41,991 bases of DNA from Paracoccaceae bacterium (GTDB lineage: Bacteria; Pseudomonadota; Alphaproteobacteria; Rhodobacterales; Rhodobacteraceae), in assembly GCA_035433445.1 (NCBI GenBank), contig DAORUY010000001.1, forward strand, positions 1-41,991. Direction: 5' to 3'. Under the pieces are notes generated by a model. The model saw nothing but the letters and a program-made list of their open reading frames with translations. It had not been told where the DNA came from and searched no databases. This document shows positions 31,638 through 41,991 of the stretch, piece by piece. The translations under genes and the position numbers were made by a program. Within the stretch, counting starts at the first letter, position 1. Every line of letters starts with the position of its first letter.

Positions 31638-32921
31638 CTACTTTCCGATGCAGAAGCTTGCGAAGATTTCATCAAGAAGATCTTCGACATCTACCCTGCC
31701 AACCAATGAATCCAAGGCCCGGATCGCTTGGCGCAGTTGTTCCGCCGCCAGTTCCGTCCGGTTCTGGCCAGCTTCTACCTCGGTTCTCGCCGATTCCAAA
31801 GCCCCAATCGCCCTCGTCATCGCCCGCCGATGACGCTCCCGCGTCATCGTCCCTGCCCCGGCAGCGCGTCTACCTAGCACATCGGCAACGGTGGCCACCA
31901 GAAGATCGAGGCCTTGCCCGGTTTTCCCGGAAACCGCCAGCCCTTCCCGGCCAGAGATATCGGCCTTGCCCCATGCCAAAATGTCATCCGGGCGCGGCGG
32001 AAGCAGCGGCACGTCCTGACCATCCAAAAGAAAAACGCGAAGGTCCGCACGATCGGCGCGCTCAAGTGCCCGCTCGATGCCGATGGCTTCGATCTTGTCG
32101 GCCCCATCGCGCAGCCCAGCCGTATCGAGTAACGTGACCGCCAACCCGCGGATATCCATCCGCACTTCGATCACATCACGGGTGGTTCCGGCGGTTTCGG
32201 AGGTGATCGCCGCCTCTCGCCCGGCCAGGGCGTTCAGAAGCGTCGACTTTCCCGCATTGGGCCGTCCAACAATCGCCACTTCAAACCCGTCGCGGATCCG
32301 CTCGGCCGCACCCACCCCACGCAGCTCGGCACGCAGCTCGTCCACCACACCGTTCAGCAAAAGCTTCACTTCTGGCGAAACATCTACCGGCACATCTTCG
32401 TCGGCGAAGTCAATTGTAGCTTCCAAAAGCGCCGCTGCACGGATCAGGTTCCGGCGCCAACCTTCTGCCCGCACCCCTATCGCGCCCGACAATACCCGTA
32501 GGGCCTGCTTGCGCTGCGCCTCGGTCTCCGCCTCGATCAGATCGGCCAATCCCTCCACCTGCGCGAGGTCGAGCTCGCCGTTCTCAAGCGCGCGCCGCGT
32601 GAACTCGCCCGGCTCCGCCTGCCTAAGGCCCGCCATGTCACCAAGCGCCCGCAAAACCGCCGCTACAGTCGCCGTAGCGCCATGCAGATGCAGTTCGGCC
32701 GATCTTTCGCCCGTAAAGCTCGCGCCCTGCTCGAACAGCAGCACGAGCCCCTCATCAATGACATCGCCTTTGCACGACAATCGCCGGAGCGAAGCCCGCC
32801 GAGGGCTTGGCAGATCACCGGCAAGACCGCGGACCGCTTCCCAGGCATCAGGCCCCGAAAGACGGACAACCGCGACACCGGCCTTGCCGCGCGCAGAAGC
32901 CAGGGCAAAAATTGTGTCCAT
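31638..32921 (-). CDS. mnmE: tRNA modification GTPase MnmE (TrmE)
   Basis: [44 protein letters not shown]-terminal FCIGK. Confidence 0.96.
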   Translation of the reverse strand: MDTIFALASARGKAGVAVVRLSGPDAWEAVRGLAGDLPSPRRASLRRLSCKGDVIDEGLVLLFEQGASFTGERSAELHLHGATATVAAVLRALGDMAGLRQAEPGEFTRRALENGELDLAQVEGLADLIEAETEAQRKQALRVLSGAIGVRAEGWRRNLIRAAALLEATIDFADEDVPVDVSPEVKLLLNGVVDELRAELRGVGAAERIRDGFEVAIVGRPNAGKSTLLNALAGREAAITSETAGTTRDVIEVRMDIRGLAVTLLDTAGLRDGADKIEAIGIERALERADRADLRVFLLDGQDVPLLPPRPDDILAWGKADISGREGLAVSGKTGQGLDLLVATVADVLGRRAAGAGTMTRERHRRAMTRAIGALESARTEVEAGQNRTELAAEQLRQAIRALDSLVGRVDVEDLLDEIFASFCIGK

Positions 32922-32950
32922 GGTTTAACCTATTGTTCCAAAAGAACAAA

Positions 32951-34222
32951 TTAGGCGTTCATCGAGTCGAAGAATTCGCTGTTGGTCTTGGTCTGCTTCA
33001 GTTTGGAGATCAGGAATTCGATGGCATCAGTGGTACCCATCGGGTTCAGGATCCGGCGCAGAACATAGGTCTTCTGAAGATCCTTCTGATCGACCAGCAG
33101 ATCTTCCTTCCGCGTGCCCGACTTCAGAATATCCATCGCCGGGAAGACCCGCTTGTCGGCGACCTTGCGGTCCAGCACGATCTCGCTGTTGCCGGTGCCC
33201 TTGAATTCTTCAAAGATTACTTCATCCATCCGGCTACCGGTATCAATCAGCGCCGTCGCGATGATGGTCAGCGAGCCGCCCTCTTCGATATTCCGCGCCG
33301 CGCCGAAGAACCGCTTCGGCCGCTGAAGCGCGTTGGCGTCCACGCCACCCGTCAGCACTTTGCCCGACGAGGGCACGACCGTGTTGAAGGCCCGACCCAG
33401 ACGGGTGATCGAATCGAGCAAGATCACCACGTCGCGCTTGTGTTCGACCAGACGCTTGGCCTTTTCGATCACCATTTCAGCCACTGCCACGTGACGCGTA
33501 GCCGGTTCGTCAAAGGTCGAAGACACGACCTCGCCCTGAACCGAACGCTGCATGTCGGTCACTTCTTCAGGCCGTTCGTCGATCAGCAGCACCATCAGGT
33601 AACATTCCGGGTGGTTTGCCGCGATCGAGTTGGCGATATTTTGCAAAAGAACCGTCTTACCCGTCCGCGGCGGCGCCACGATAAGGCCCCGCTGGCCCTT
33701 CCCGATCGGGGCCACCAGGTCGATGATCCGGGCGGACCGGTCCTTGATCGTCGGATCTTCGACCTCCATCTTCAGCCGTTCGTTCGGGTAAAGCGGCGTC
33801 AGGTTTTCGAACGCAACCTTGTGGCGGGCACGTTCGGGGTCTTCGAAGTTGATCTTCGTGACCTTAGTCAGTGCAAAATAACGCTCACTTTCGCCCGGGG
33901 CGCGGATCACACCTTCCACCGTATCGCCGGTGCGCAGCGAATATTGGCGCAGCATGTCGGGGCTGACATAGATGTCATCCGGTCCCGGCAGATAGTTGGC
34001 AGAAGGCGAGCGCAGGAAGCCGAAGCCGTCCTGAAGCACTTCCAGCACACCATCGCCGCCGATCTCATAGCCTTCCTCGGCATATTCGCGCAGGATCGAG
34101 AACATCATCTCGCCCTTGCGCATGGTCGAGGCATTCTCGATCTCCAGCTCCTCGGCCATGGCCAGAAGGTCGGCAGGGCTTTTCAGCTTCAGATCAGCAA
34201 GATTCAGGCGTTCATCGGTCAT
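32951..34222 (-). CDS. rho: Transcription termination factor Rho
   Basis: [48 protein letters not shown]. Start at ATG 34222. Confidence 0.97.
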   Translation of the reverse strand: MTDERLNLADLKLKSPADLLAMAEELEIENASTMRKGEMMFSILREYAEEGYEIGGDGVLEVLQDGFGFLRSPSANYLPGPDDIYVSPDMLRQYSLRTGDTVEGVIRAPGESERYFALTKVTKINFEDPERARHKVAFENLTPLYPNERLKMEVEDPTIKDRSARIIDLVAPIGKGQRGLIVAPPRTGKTVLLQNIANSIAANHPECYLMVLLIDERPEEVTDMQRSVQGEVVSSTFDEPATRHVAVAEMVIEKAKRLVEHKRDVVILLDSITRLGRAFNTVVPSSGKVLTGGVDANALQRPKRFFGAARNIEEGGSLTIIATALIDTGSRMDEVIFEEFKGTGNSEIVLDRKVADKRVFPAMDILKSGTRKEDLLVDQKDLQKTYVLRRILNPMGTTDAIEFLISKLKQTKTNSEFFDSMNA

Positions 34223-34302
34223 GGAAACTCTCGTGGCAGCTCTATCGCGCTGCGCTGTCAATCAAAGGGGAGATACCCTGCCGGACGGCGGGCTTGAGGA
34301 TG

Positions 34303-34331
34303 GCGATACGCGGTCATTCCCGAAAAGTCAA
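34303..34331 (-). promoter_or_regulatory. Candidate sigma70-type promoter for rho-mnmE-mnmG-rsmG-parAB
   Basis: TTGACT-N17-TATCGC on the minus strand in the hemJ-rho gap. Confidence 0.4.
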
Positions 34332-34347
34332 CCAATCCACAGTATCG

Positions 34348-34800
34348 TCAGAACTTGACGATCACAGAGATGACGATCATCGCCAGCAGAACCGTCGGCA
34401 CCTCGTTCATCAGCCGATAGGTCCGGCCTGACCTAACATTTGTCCCCGCCACGAACTCCTTGCGCCGGTAGCCAAGCCAATGATGAAACCAGGTCATGGC
34501 GATCACCGCCACCGCCTTCGTCCAGGGCCAAACCTCCGACCAGCTGACAATCCCGGGCGTAAAGACCAAGGCAAGCCCGAAGATCCAGGTCGCCGTCATC
34601 GCCGGATTCATGATCAACCGCAGAAGTTTGCGCTCCATCGTCTGAAACAGCAGGTCCGTGGCACTGCCTTTTTCAACGGATTCGACATGATAGACGAAAA
34701 GCCGTGGCAGATAGAAAATGCCCGCCATCCAGGCAATCACCGAAATCACATGCAGGGCTTTTGTCCACGGGTAAACGCTTGCCAGAAAGTCGCCCGCCAT
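34348..34800 (-). CDS. hemJ: Protoporphyrinogen IX oxidase HemJ (UPF0093/CopD-like)
   Basis: YPWTKALHVISVIAWMAGIFYLPRLFVYH, MERKL..IMNPAM, R..NEVP; upstream of rho as in other alphaproteobacteria. Confidence 0.9.
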   Translation of the reverse strand: MAGDFLASVYPWTKALHVISVIAWMAGIFYLPRLFVYHVESVEKGSATDLLFQTMERKLLRLIMNPAMTATWIFGLALVFTPGIVSWSEVWPWTKAVAVIAMTWFHHWLGYRRKEFVAGTNVRSGRTYRLMNEVPTVLLAMIVISVIVKF

Positions 34801-35203
34801 GTTCTGTCTCCTTCGGTCGCCGTGCACTTCTTATTCTATATAGAGTCTTGAAAGAAAGATGATGATGTAGAATGTCCTGTGGAGATCGGGATAAGTCTTT
34901 GGTCCCGCGATCCGCCCACACCCGGATAGGTCTGTGGATAAGACGTGGAAAAGAATCCTCCACAAAAAATTATTTAAAATCATATGATTACTATTCATCT
35001 TTCCTCTACCGCAGCGCAAGATCATCCACAGCCTGATCCAAAGACACCCTCATCCACAGCCCAGCGCTTTCCCCACTCACAGCCGGACAATTCCTCTGGC
35101 GTCCCTTGACAAGACCGCCCTTTCCCACACCTCTCGACACGACGCGGACTTGCCCCAGACCTGTCCTCTGCATCACACAAGACTTCTCCACAGGGACATC
35201 CCC
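34801..35203. other. Chromosomal replication origin oriC
   Basis: About 400-bp non-coding gap between the divergent hemJ-rho-...-parAB and maf-aroE-coaE-dnaQ operons. Perfect DnaA box TGTGGATAA (34933-34941). Near-matches at 34878-34886, 34886-34894, 34944-34952, 34956-34964, 35022-35030 and 35050-35058 (both TCATCCACA), and 35184-35192. AT-rich tracts at 34831-34872 and 34964-34995; GANTC sites at 34843 and 34953; parS sites 3-5 kb away. Confidence 0.88.
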
Positions 35204-35809
35204 ATGCACATGCCCGCCCCGCTCATCCTTGCTTCCGGCTCAAAGGTCCGGGCAGAACTGCTGCGCCGTGCCGGGCTGGATTTTCAGACCATTCCCGGTC
35301 GGATCGACGAAGATGCCGTGCGCGCAGGTCATCTGGCGGATGGCGGCAGCCCGCGCGATCTTGCGGATCTGCTGGCCGAGCTGAAGGCCCGAAAGGTATC
35401 GGACAAACATTCCGGCGCGCTGGTGATCGGCGCCGATCAGATTCTGGAATGCGATGGCCGCGTCTATGGCAAGGCTGAAACCCGCGCGGAGGCCGCCGAA
35501 CATCTGCGCACACTGTCGGGGCGCATGCACCGGCTCTTGTCGGCGGCGGTCGTCTGCCGGGATGGTGTGCCGCTCTGGCGCCATGTCGGGCAGGTGCGGC
35601 TGATGATGCATGCCCTAAGCCCCGCCTTCATCGACAGCTATCTAGAGCGTAACTGGCCTTCGGTGTCCGAGGCGGTCGGCTGCTACAAGATCGAAGAGGA
35701 AGGCGTGCGGCTCTTTTCCAGCATCGAGGGCGATTTCTTTCACATCCTCGGCCTGCCACTGATCGAACTCTTGACCTGGCTTCACATTCGCGGCGACATC
35801 AGCACATGA
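35204..35809 (+). CDS. maf: Maf-family nucleoside triphosphate pyrophosphatase
   Basis: LILASGS..RAELL, IDED, LAELKA, VIGADQ, GCYKIE, GLPL. Start at 35204 or 35210. Confidence 0.92.
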   Translation: MHMPAPLILASGSKVRAELLRRAGLDFQTIPGRIDEDAVRAGHLADGGSPRDLADLLAELKARKVSDKHSGALVIGADQILECDGRVYGKAETRAEAAEHLRTLSGRMHRLLSAAVVCRDGVPLWRHVGQVRLMMHALSPAFIDSYLERNWPSVSEAVGCYKIEEEGVRLFSSIEGDFFHILGLPLIELLTWLHIRGDIST

Positions 35810-36645
35810 CAGATCATCCCCGTATTCCACTGGCTGCCGTGATCGGCTCCCCCATCGCACATTCGCGCTCGCCCAAGCTTCATGGCTACTGGCTCAGGCG
35901 TTATGGAATCGCCGGTCACTATGTGCCGCTCGACGTAGCGCAGGCCGATCTTGAAGCGGTGATCCGCGCCCTGCCGAAGGCCGGTTTTGTCGGCTGCAAC
36001 ATCACCATCCCTCATAAGGAGGCGATCCTGGCGCTGGCCGATACAGTGACGGATCGCGCGGCGCTGATCGGGGCGGCCAATACGCTCGTCTTTCGCAAGG
36101 ACGGCAGGATATGGGCCGACAATACTGATGGCTATGGCTTTACGGCCAACCTGCGCCAGAACGCCCCCAAATGGACACCGGGCGCGGGTCCGGCGGCAGT
36201 GATTGGCGCGGGTGGTGCGGCACGGGCGGTCATCGCCGCCCTGTTGGAGGCGGGCGCCCCGGAAATCCGGCTGGCAAACCGCACAAAGGCGCGCGCCGAA
36301 GCACTGCGCACGGAGTTTGGCGCAAAGATCGTGGTTCACGACTGGGTGCAGGCGGGTAACATGCTTGAAGATGCGGTGACGGTGGTGAACACCTCTTCGC
36401 TTGGCATGGTCGGCAAGCCCGAGTTTCGCGTGCCGCTGGATGCACTGTCGTCCCGCGCCACAGTGACCGATCTGGTCTATACCCCGCTCAGAACAAGGCT
36501 TCTGACCGAGGCAGAGGCCAACGGCTGCACTGTGGTCGACGGCCTTGGCATGTTGCTGCATCAGGCGGTGCCCGGGTTCGAACGCTGGTTCGGCAAAAAG
36601 CCCGACGTCGATCAGGCAACCCGCGAAGCGGTACTGGCGGAATGA
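35806..36645 (+). CDS. aroE: Shikimate dehydrogenase
   Basis: GSPIAHSRSP, NITIPHKE, IGAANTL, DNTD, GAGGAARA, ANRT, DGLGMLLHQA. Confidence 0.96.
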   Translation: MTDHPRIPLAAVIGSPIAHSRSPKLHGYWLRRYGIAGHYVPLDVAQADLEAVIRALPKAGFVGCNITIPHKEAILALADTVTDRAALIGAANTLVFRKDGRIWADNTDGYGFTANLRQNAPKWTPGAGPAAVIGAGGAARAVIAALLEAGAPEIRLANRTKARAEALRTEFGAKIVVHDWVQAGNMLEDAVTVVNTSSLGMVGKPEFRVPLDALSSRATVTDLVYTPLRTRLLTEAEANGCTVVDGLGMLLHQAVPGFERWFGKKPDVDQATREAVLAE

Positions 36646-37238
36646 ACCGGCCCTTTCTGCTCGGTCTGACGGGGTCCATTGGCATGGGCAAATCGACCAC
36701 GGCCCGAATGTTTCGCGATGAAGGCGTTCCGGTCTGGGATGCTGATGAAGCTGTGCACCGGCTTTATTCTCCGGGTCAGCCCGCCGCACTGGCGATTGCG
36801 AGCCATTATCCGCAAGCGATGGAGGCAGATGGACAGGTCAGCCGCGCGAAATTGCGCGCCATGATCGCGGAAGATCCTGCTGTCATGGATTGGCTGAACG
36901 CTACCGTTCACCCGATGACCGCTGAAGACCGCACGCAATTCATCGCAGCGCATGCCGGATCGGATTTGCTCGTTCTCGACATTCCCCTGCTTTTTGAAAC
37001 CGGGGCCGATGGCTTGTGTGACGCGGTGCTTGTCGTGTCAGCCCCCGCTGAAACACAGCGAGCCCGGGTTCTGGCGCGCGGCATGTCAGAGGCGGAGTTC
37101 CGCATAATATTGGCCCGGCAGATGCCTGACGCCGAAAAGCGGGCCCGCGCGACCTTTGTCATTGAAACCCTGACGGAAGACGATGCCCGCGCCGCCGTGC
37201 GTGCGCTCGTGAAGAAAATAAGGACGTCCCATGCGTGA
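36642..37238 (+). CDS. coaE: Dephospho-CoA kinase
   Basis: [34 protein letters not shown]. Confidence 0.95.
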   Translation: MNRPFLLGLTGSIGMGKSTTARMFRDEGVPVWDADEAVHRLYSPGQPAALAIASHYPQAMEADGQVSRAKLRAMIAEDPAVMDWLNATVHPMTAEDRTQFIAAHAGSDLLVLDIPLLFETGADGLCDAVLVVSAPAETQRARVLARGMSEAEFRIILARQMPDAEKRARATFVIETLTEDDARAAVRALVKKIRTSHA

Positions 37239-37932
37239 GATCGTTCTGGACACTGAAACCACCGGGTTTGAACCATCGGAAGGCCACCGTATCGTCGAGA
37301 TCGGCGCGGTGGAGCTGTTGAACCATATGCCGACCGGGCGCACCTATCACCAATATCTCAACCCCGATCGCGCCATGCCGCCCGAGGCGTTCGAAGTGCA
37401 CGGGCTGGGCGACGATTTCTTGCGCGACAAACCGCGGTTTGCGCAGATTGCGCAGGCCTTTCTCGACTTTGTGGGCGCGGATTCCCGGCTCGTCATCCAT
37501 AACGCTGCCTTCGACATGAAATTCCTGAACGCCGAATTGAACTGGGCCGGGCTTCCAACGCTGCCCAACGACCGGGCGCTGGATACGGTTGCGTTGGCGC
37601 GGCGCAAGTTTCCCGGCTCCCCGGCGTCGCTTGATGCTTTGTGCCGACGCTTTGGGATCGACAATTCGGCCCGGGAAAAGCACGGCGCGCTTCTGGACAG
37701 TGAACTTCTGGCCGAGGTTTATCTTGAACTGATCGGTGGCCGGCAGCCCGATTTCGCACTGTCCGGCAGCCCGACACAGCAACAGTCCGGCGCAGCGGCC
37801 GCAGAAACCGTCTGGACGCCACCGCGCCGCGCCGCGCCGCTTGCCCCCCTCCTTACGGCGGAGGAAGCTGCGGCCCACGCCGGCTTTGTCGAAAGCTTGG
37901 GTGAAAAAGCGATCTGGAAGCGGTTCAGCTAA
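37231..37932 (+). CDS. dnaQ: DNA polymerase III epsilon subunit
   Basis: [39 protein letters not shown]; QxxF clamp-binding-like motif QPDF. Confidence 0.96.
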   Translation: MREIVLDTETTGFEPSEGHRIVEIGAVELLNHMPTGRTYHQYLNPDRAMPPEAFEVHGLGDDFLRDKPRFAQIAQAFLDFVGADSRLVIHNAAFDMKFLNAELNWAGLPTLPNDRALDTVALARRKFPGSPASLDALCRRFGIDNSAREKHGALLDSELLAEVYLELIGGRQPDFALSGSPTQQQSGAAAAETVWTPPRRAAPLAPLLTAEEAAAHAGFVESLGEKAIWKRFS

Positions 37933-38597
37933 AGCCCCGTGGCGCGTAGCACGACGGAGAACGTGCGCCACAAGATACGCGCGTCGAAGGCCAGGGAAAG
38001 CCGCTGGCTGTAGATCTCATCATAGTGAACCCGGTCCGCGAAGCTACCCGCGCTGCGGCGGCTGACCTGCCACAGGCCGGAAAGACCCGGACGCAGGTAA
38101 TAATAGGCACAGTCGCGGCCGCCGGAATAAAGGGCTTTCTGGTCTGGCGTGAACGGCCGCGGCCCGATCAGCGACATCGTACCGTTCAGAACATTCAAAA
38201 GCTGGGGAAGTTCATCAAGGCTGCTGCGCCGCAAAAAGCGCCCCAGCCGCGTAATGCGCGGATCGCGGGCCAGCTTTTGATTCTTGTACCACTCGTCCGC
38301 AATGCCGGGATCTTGCGCGATGAGATTGACCAACACCTGGTCTGCATTTTGCACCATGGTGCGGACCTTCCAGCAGGAAAACTCGCGCCCGCCCAGACCA
38401 ACGCGGCGCTGACTGTAGATTGGCTTGCCACCCTCTGCCCACGTCGCGACCAAGATCAGCGCCAAGGCCGGAATCACAATGGGAAGTGCGATCATCACCA
38501 ACATCATATCCAGCAATCGTTTGCCAACGGTGGAATAGAGACTGGTGGCCGAGCGGACAGGCGTTACATCATCGAATGCAGGCAGGGGCATCGTCAT
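37929..38597 (-). CDS. Small polyprenyl-phosphate sugar phosphotransferase (ExoY/WbaP-C type)
   Basis: KRLLD plus a TM/re-entrant helix, [44 protein letters not shown]. 4-nt convergent overlap with dnaQ. Confidence 0.9.
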   Translation of the reverse strand: MTMPLPAFDDVTPVRSATSLYSTVGKRLLDMMLVMIALPIVIPALALILVATWAEGGKPIYSQRRVGLGGREFSCWKVRTMVQNADQVLVNLIAQDPGIADEWYKNQKLARDPRITRLGRFLRRSSLDELPQLLNVLNGTMSLIGPRPFTPDQKALYSGGRDCAYYYLRPGLSGLWQVSRRSAGSFADRVHYDEIYSQRLSLAFDARILWRTFSVVLRATGL

Positions 38598-38860
38598 CCT
38601 TACGGACTCCCGGAGGTTTCGTCGCGCCCGCCTCCGGCCCCCCAAAGGGCAAGCGCTTTCAGTTTAGATTTGGTTAGGTAAACTATTGGTAAACGTCACC
38701 ACTTAAGATCGGGACATTTCGAAACGGAATGTTCTTATATAGGCACCAATATGGCCAATTTTGGAAAAGAACGCTGCCCATTGGAAAGAACGGAAAAGGT
38801 GCGACAGCAAGCCCCTTCCTGGCAAGCTACGGAACGACGGGCCTACCAGGGACCCAGATC

Positions 38861-40162
38861 TCAGACGAAGCGGTTCCAAAGATTCTCCAACCGCTCTTGT
38901 CGTCCCGACCTCGGCTTGGGGTCCGTCCCTTCCCGAAGTACCAGAGCAGAAATCTCTTCCAGCGAAGACGACAGAAGCGCACGATTTGCGGGCTTGTCCC
39001 AGTCAGCGTAACGCGCTTCGCGCGCCGCCTCGAGAGCGCCACTTTGCAAAAGTGCCGCCGCCGCCTTCAGCGCCCGTGCGCAGATGTCCATCGCGCCCAC
39101 ATGCGACAAGATCAGATCTTCGGGGTCAAGTGACTGGCGGCGGATCTTCGCGTCGAAGTTCGTGCCGCCCGTGGTGAAGCCTCCCGCGCGCAGAACCTCA
39201 TAATAGGCGCGCGCCATCTCTGGCACATTGTCGGGGAACTGATCCGTATCCCAACCGGATTGATAGTCATTGCGGTTCATGTCGATCGACCCAAACAGGC
39301 CAAGCGACGTCGCCAGCGCCAGTTCGTGTTCGAATGAATGACCGGCAAGGATCGCATGACCCTGCTCGAGATTGACCTTTACCTCCCCCTCAAGCCCGAA
39401 CCGCTTCAGGAAGCCGTAAACCGTGGCCACGTCATAATCATACTGATGCTTGGACGGCTCCTGGGGCTTGGGTTCGATCAGGATCGCCCCCTTGAAACCG
39501 ATTTTGTGTTTGTAATCGACCACCATCTGGAGGAAGCGACCCGCCTGCTCGGACTCGCGCGATAGGTCGGTGTTCAGAAGCGTCTCATATCCCTCGCGTC
39601 CGCCCCAAAGCACATAGTTCTGTCCGCCCAGTCGGTGCGTTGCATCAATGCAGCTTTTCACCGTGGCCGCCGCATAGGCAAAGACTTCCGGGTCGGGATT
39701 GGTCGCCGCGCCCGACATGAAACGCCGGTGAGAAAACAGGTTTGCGGTGCCCCACAGAAGCCGGGTCTTCGACCGCTCCATCTTCTGCGCGAAATAGTCT
39801 GTGATCGCCTCCAGATTATGGAGGCTTTCGGCGAAGGTCGCGCCTTCGGGCCGCGCATCAGCATCATGGAAGCAGAAGAATGGCACATCGAGAATGTCGA
39901 ACATCTCGAACGCCACGTCTGCCTTCAGGCGCGCATGATCCATGCTACCGCCGAACCACGGCCGTTCGAATGTCTGCCCGCCGAACGGATCACCACCCGG
40001 CCAGGCAAAGCTGTGCCAGTAGGCCACAGCAAAACGCAGATGATCCTCAAGCCGCTTGCCCAGAACGATTTCGTCCGGGTTGTAGTGGCGGAAGGCAAAG
40101 TCATTGGTCGATGACGCTCCCTCGTAGCGAATCTTTGGAATGCCTTTGAAAAAGTCGGTCAT
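38861..40162 (-). CDS. xylA: Xylose isomerase (class II)
   Basis: [51 protein letters not shown]. Start at ATG 40162 overlapping the xylB stop. Confidence 0.96.
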   Translation of the reverse strand: MTDFFKGIPKIRYEGASSTNDFAFRHYNPDEIVLGKRLEDHLRFAVAYWHSFAWPGGDPFGGQTFERPWFGGSMDHARLKADVAFEMFDILDVPFFCFHDADARPEGATFAESLHNLEAITDYFAQKMERSKTRLLWGTANLFSHRRFMSGAATNPDPEVFAYAAATVKSCIDATHRLGGQNYVLWGGREGYETLLNTDLSRESEQAGRFLQMVVDYKHKIGFKGAILIEPKPQEPSKHQYDYDVATVYGFLKRFGLEGEVKVNLEQGHAILAGHSFEHELALATSLGLFGSIDMNRNDYQSGWDTDQFPDNVPEMARAYYEVLRAGGFTTGGTNFDAKIRRQSLDPEDLILSHVGAMDICARALKAAAALLQSGALEAAREARYADWDKPANRALLSSSLEEISALVLREGTDPKPRSGRQERLENLWNRFV

Positions 40163-41595
40163 GTGAGTCCCCGGATAGCGGATTGTGCGGCGCGGAAACG
40201 GGCATGGCCTTCGTCGAAGGCCCCGATCAGTGCCGGGTCTGGGTCGATGGTTCGGTCGATGGCGGGCTGCGTTGCGATTTCGGCCCCCGCTCCGGTGGCC
40301 GCCATTATGGCCAAGCGAGCCGCGCCAAAGGCGCCGCCAAAATCCCCCGCCACCGGCACGGAAACCGGACTGCCAAGCGCGGTTGCGATCGTGGCCAGCC
40401 AATAGTCAGACCGCGAACCGCCGCCAACCGCAAGCAGGCGGTTGATGCGTGTTCCCGTAGCGGCCAGCGCGTCACGACAATCCCGGATCGCGAAACTCAC
40501 GCCCTCAAGAACGGCACGGGTCGCGGCCTCTCTGTCGGTCGCATGTTCCAGCCCGATGAAGGCCCCGCGGATCGCTGCATCGTTCAGCGGGGTGCGCTCG
40601 CCGCCCAGGTAGGGCAGAAAACGCACCTTGCCGGGTGCGCGAAGGGGGCCAAGGCTTGAAGTCAGCGTTGCGGCGTTGGTTCCTGCCAGCCCGGCGAACC
40701 AATTCAGCGCATCGGTGGCCGCCAGAATGACGCCCATTTGGTGCCAGGTGTTGGGAATGGCGTGACAGAAGGTGTGAACCGCCGTTGCCGCGTCCGGCCG
40801 GTAGCCATCATTTGCCGCAAAAAGTACGCCAGACGTGCCCAATGACACAAAGGCTTGTCCCGCCTTCACGACGCCGACGCCGATACCTGATGCTGCATTG
40901 TCTCCGCCGCCACCCGCTACCGGAATTCCCGCAGGCAAACCAAACCTGATCGACAGGTCGGCCCGCAGTCTGCCGGATACCTCCGATCCCTCAACGAGGC
41001 GCGGCATGTGCTCGCGGGAAAGATCAGTAGCAGCCAGAAGATCGTCCGACCAATCACGCCGTGCGCAATCCAGCCAGCTTGTTCCTGCCGCATCCGACAT
41101 TTCCGCGACATGCTCGCCCGTCAACCAAAGGCGCAAATAATCCTTGGGCAACAGGACCTTCCGCACCTTGCGGAAGATTTCCGGCTCGTGCACCTTCACC
41201 CACAGTAGTTTCGGGGCCGTGAAACCCGGAAAGACGATATTCCCCGTCAGTGCGCGAAACCGCGGGTCGGAATCCAGCCGCGCCGCTTCTGCAAAGGCGC
41301 GCGTGTCATTCCACAAGATGCACGGCCGCAGCACATTGTCGGCTGCATCAAGTAGTGTCGCGCCATGCATCTGGCCCGACAGGCCTATTCCCCTCAACGC
41401 TTTCAATACCTGCGGCGGGAGCGCACGAAACACAACCTCCGCTGCCGCGATCCAGTCGGCTGGCGTTTGTTCCGACCAGCCATCATGGGGCCGCGATACG
41501 GTCAGGGGCGCAGAGGCCTCGGCGACGATCGTCTGATCGTCGCCGATCACCACACCTTTCAGGCCCGACGTCCCAAGATCGAGCCCAAGATACAT
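40159..41595 (-). CDS. xylB: Xylulokinase
   Basis: [53 protein letters not shown]. Confidence 0.95.
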   Translation of the reverse strand: MYLGLDLGTSGLKGVVIGDDQTIVAEASAPLTVSRPHDGWSEQTPADWIAAAEVVFRALPPQVLKALRGIGLSGQMHGATLLDAADNVLRPCILWNDTRAFAEAARLDSDPRFRALTGNIVFPGFTAPKLLWVKVHEPEIFRKVRKVLLPKDYLRLWLTGEHVAEMSDAAGTSWLDCARRDWSDDLLAATDLSREHMPRLVEGSEVSGRLRADLSIRFGLPAGIPVAGGGGDNAASGIGVGVVKAGQAFVSLGTSGVLFAANDGYRPDAATAVHTFCHAIPNTWHQMGVILAATDALNWFAGLAGTNAATLTSSLGPLRAPGKVRFLPYLGGERTPLNDAAIRGAFIGLEHATDREAATRAVLEGVSFAIRDCRDALAATGTRINRLLAVGGGSRSDYWLATIATALGSPVSVPVAGDFGGAFGAARLAIMAATGAGAEIATQPAIDRTIDPDPALIGAFDEGHARFRAAQSAIRGLT

Positions 41596-41991
41596 CAGGC
41601 CGCCTTCGCTGGTTTTTTGCCCAAGATGATCATGCCCAGAATGTCTTCGTCGGTGACTTCATCGACATTCACGGTTCCGACAAGCTGGCCGTTCTTCATC
41701 ACGCTTGCCCGGTCGCACAGGTCCATCACCGCATGGATGTCATGCTCAATCAGGAAGATGCCGATGCCCTGGGCTTTCAGTTCCTGGATCAACTCGGCAA
41801 CCATCTGGGTTTCATGCGGCCCGAGTGCGGCAGTGGGCTCATCCATGATCAGGATCTTGGCGTTGAAATAGACCGCCCGCGCGATCGCGACCGACTGCCG
41901 CTGTCCACCGGACAGCGCCGACACCGGCACGCTGAACTTGCGGAAGTTCGGGTTGAGCCGCGCCATGATCTTGCGCGTCTCGGCCTCCATC
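41595..41991 (-). CDS. Sugar (xylose) ABC transporter ATP-binding protein, C-terminal part (5' end outside window)
   Basis: LSGGQRQ signature, [10 protein letters not shown] Walker B, IEHD H-loop; TGATG overlap with xylB. Confidence 0.9.
   Translation of the reverse strand, partial: MEAETRKIMARLNPNFRKFSVPVSALSGGQRQSVAIARAVYFNAKILIMDEPTAALGPHETQMVAELIQELKAQGIGIFLIEHDIHAVMDLCDRASVMKNGQLVGTVNVDEVTDEDILGMIILGKKPAKAA

Noticed and set aside
32807-34297. 496-aa plus-strand ORF antisense to rho (likewise 3692-5143 over putA, 17173-18591 over copA, 1671-2558 over mreB, 19849-20784 and 21022-21879 over mutS)
   Set aside because: Shadow ORFs expected opposite high-GC, codon-biased genes; no recognisable motifs; overlap well-supported genes.

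Overview
High-GC alphaproteobacterial (Rhodobacteraceae-like) chromosomal segment containing the probable replication origin. Left to right: mreD (partial)-mreC-mreB (minus); divergent putR/putA proline utilisation; a four-gene circularly permuted ATP-grasp / alpha-E / transglutaminase / Anbu (proteasome-type protease) operon; a minus-strand copA - bioR - bioBFDAZ block; mutS; a small secreted hypothetical protein; grpE-hrcA divergent from rph-rdgB-Rid-hemW-ybaN; the hemJ-rho-mnmE-mnmG-rsmG-parA-parB cluster with two perfect parS palindromes inside coding sequence; oriC (about 34801-35203, multiple DnaA boxes and AT-rich elements); maf-aroE-coaE-dnaQ; an orphan sugar-phosphate transferase; and the end of a xylose operon (ABC ATPase, xylB, xylA). 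I see no rRNA, tRNA, CRISPR array, transposase or prophage. Most of the window is housekeeping, and I found no clearly undescribed system. The items most worth follow-up are: (1) the Anbu module, which is known bioinformatically but functionally unresolved; (2) hemW, whose frame has no ATG/GTG/TTG upstream of its essential CxxxCxxC motif; (3) an oriC sub-element resembling the DnaA-box/DnaA-trio basal unwinding architecture; (4) a TIMP-like secreted protein; (5) the tight copA-bioR-bio linkage. All calls come from motif recognition by eye; no database searches were run.
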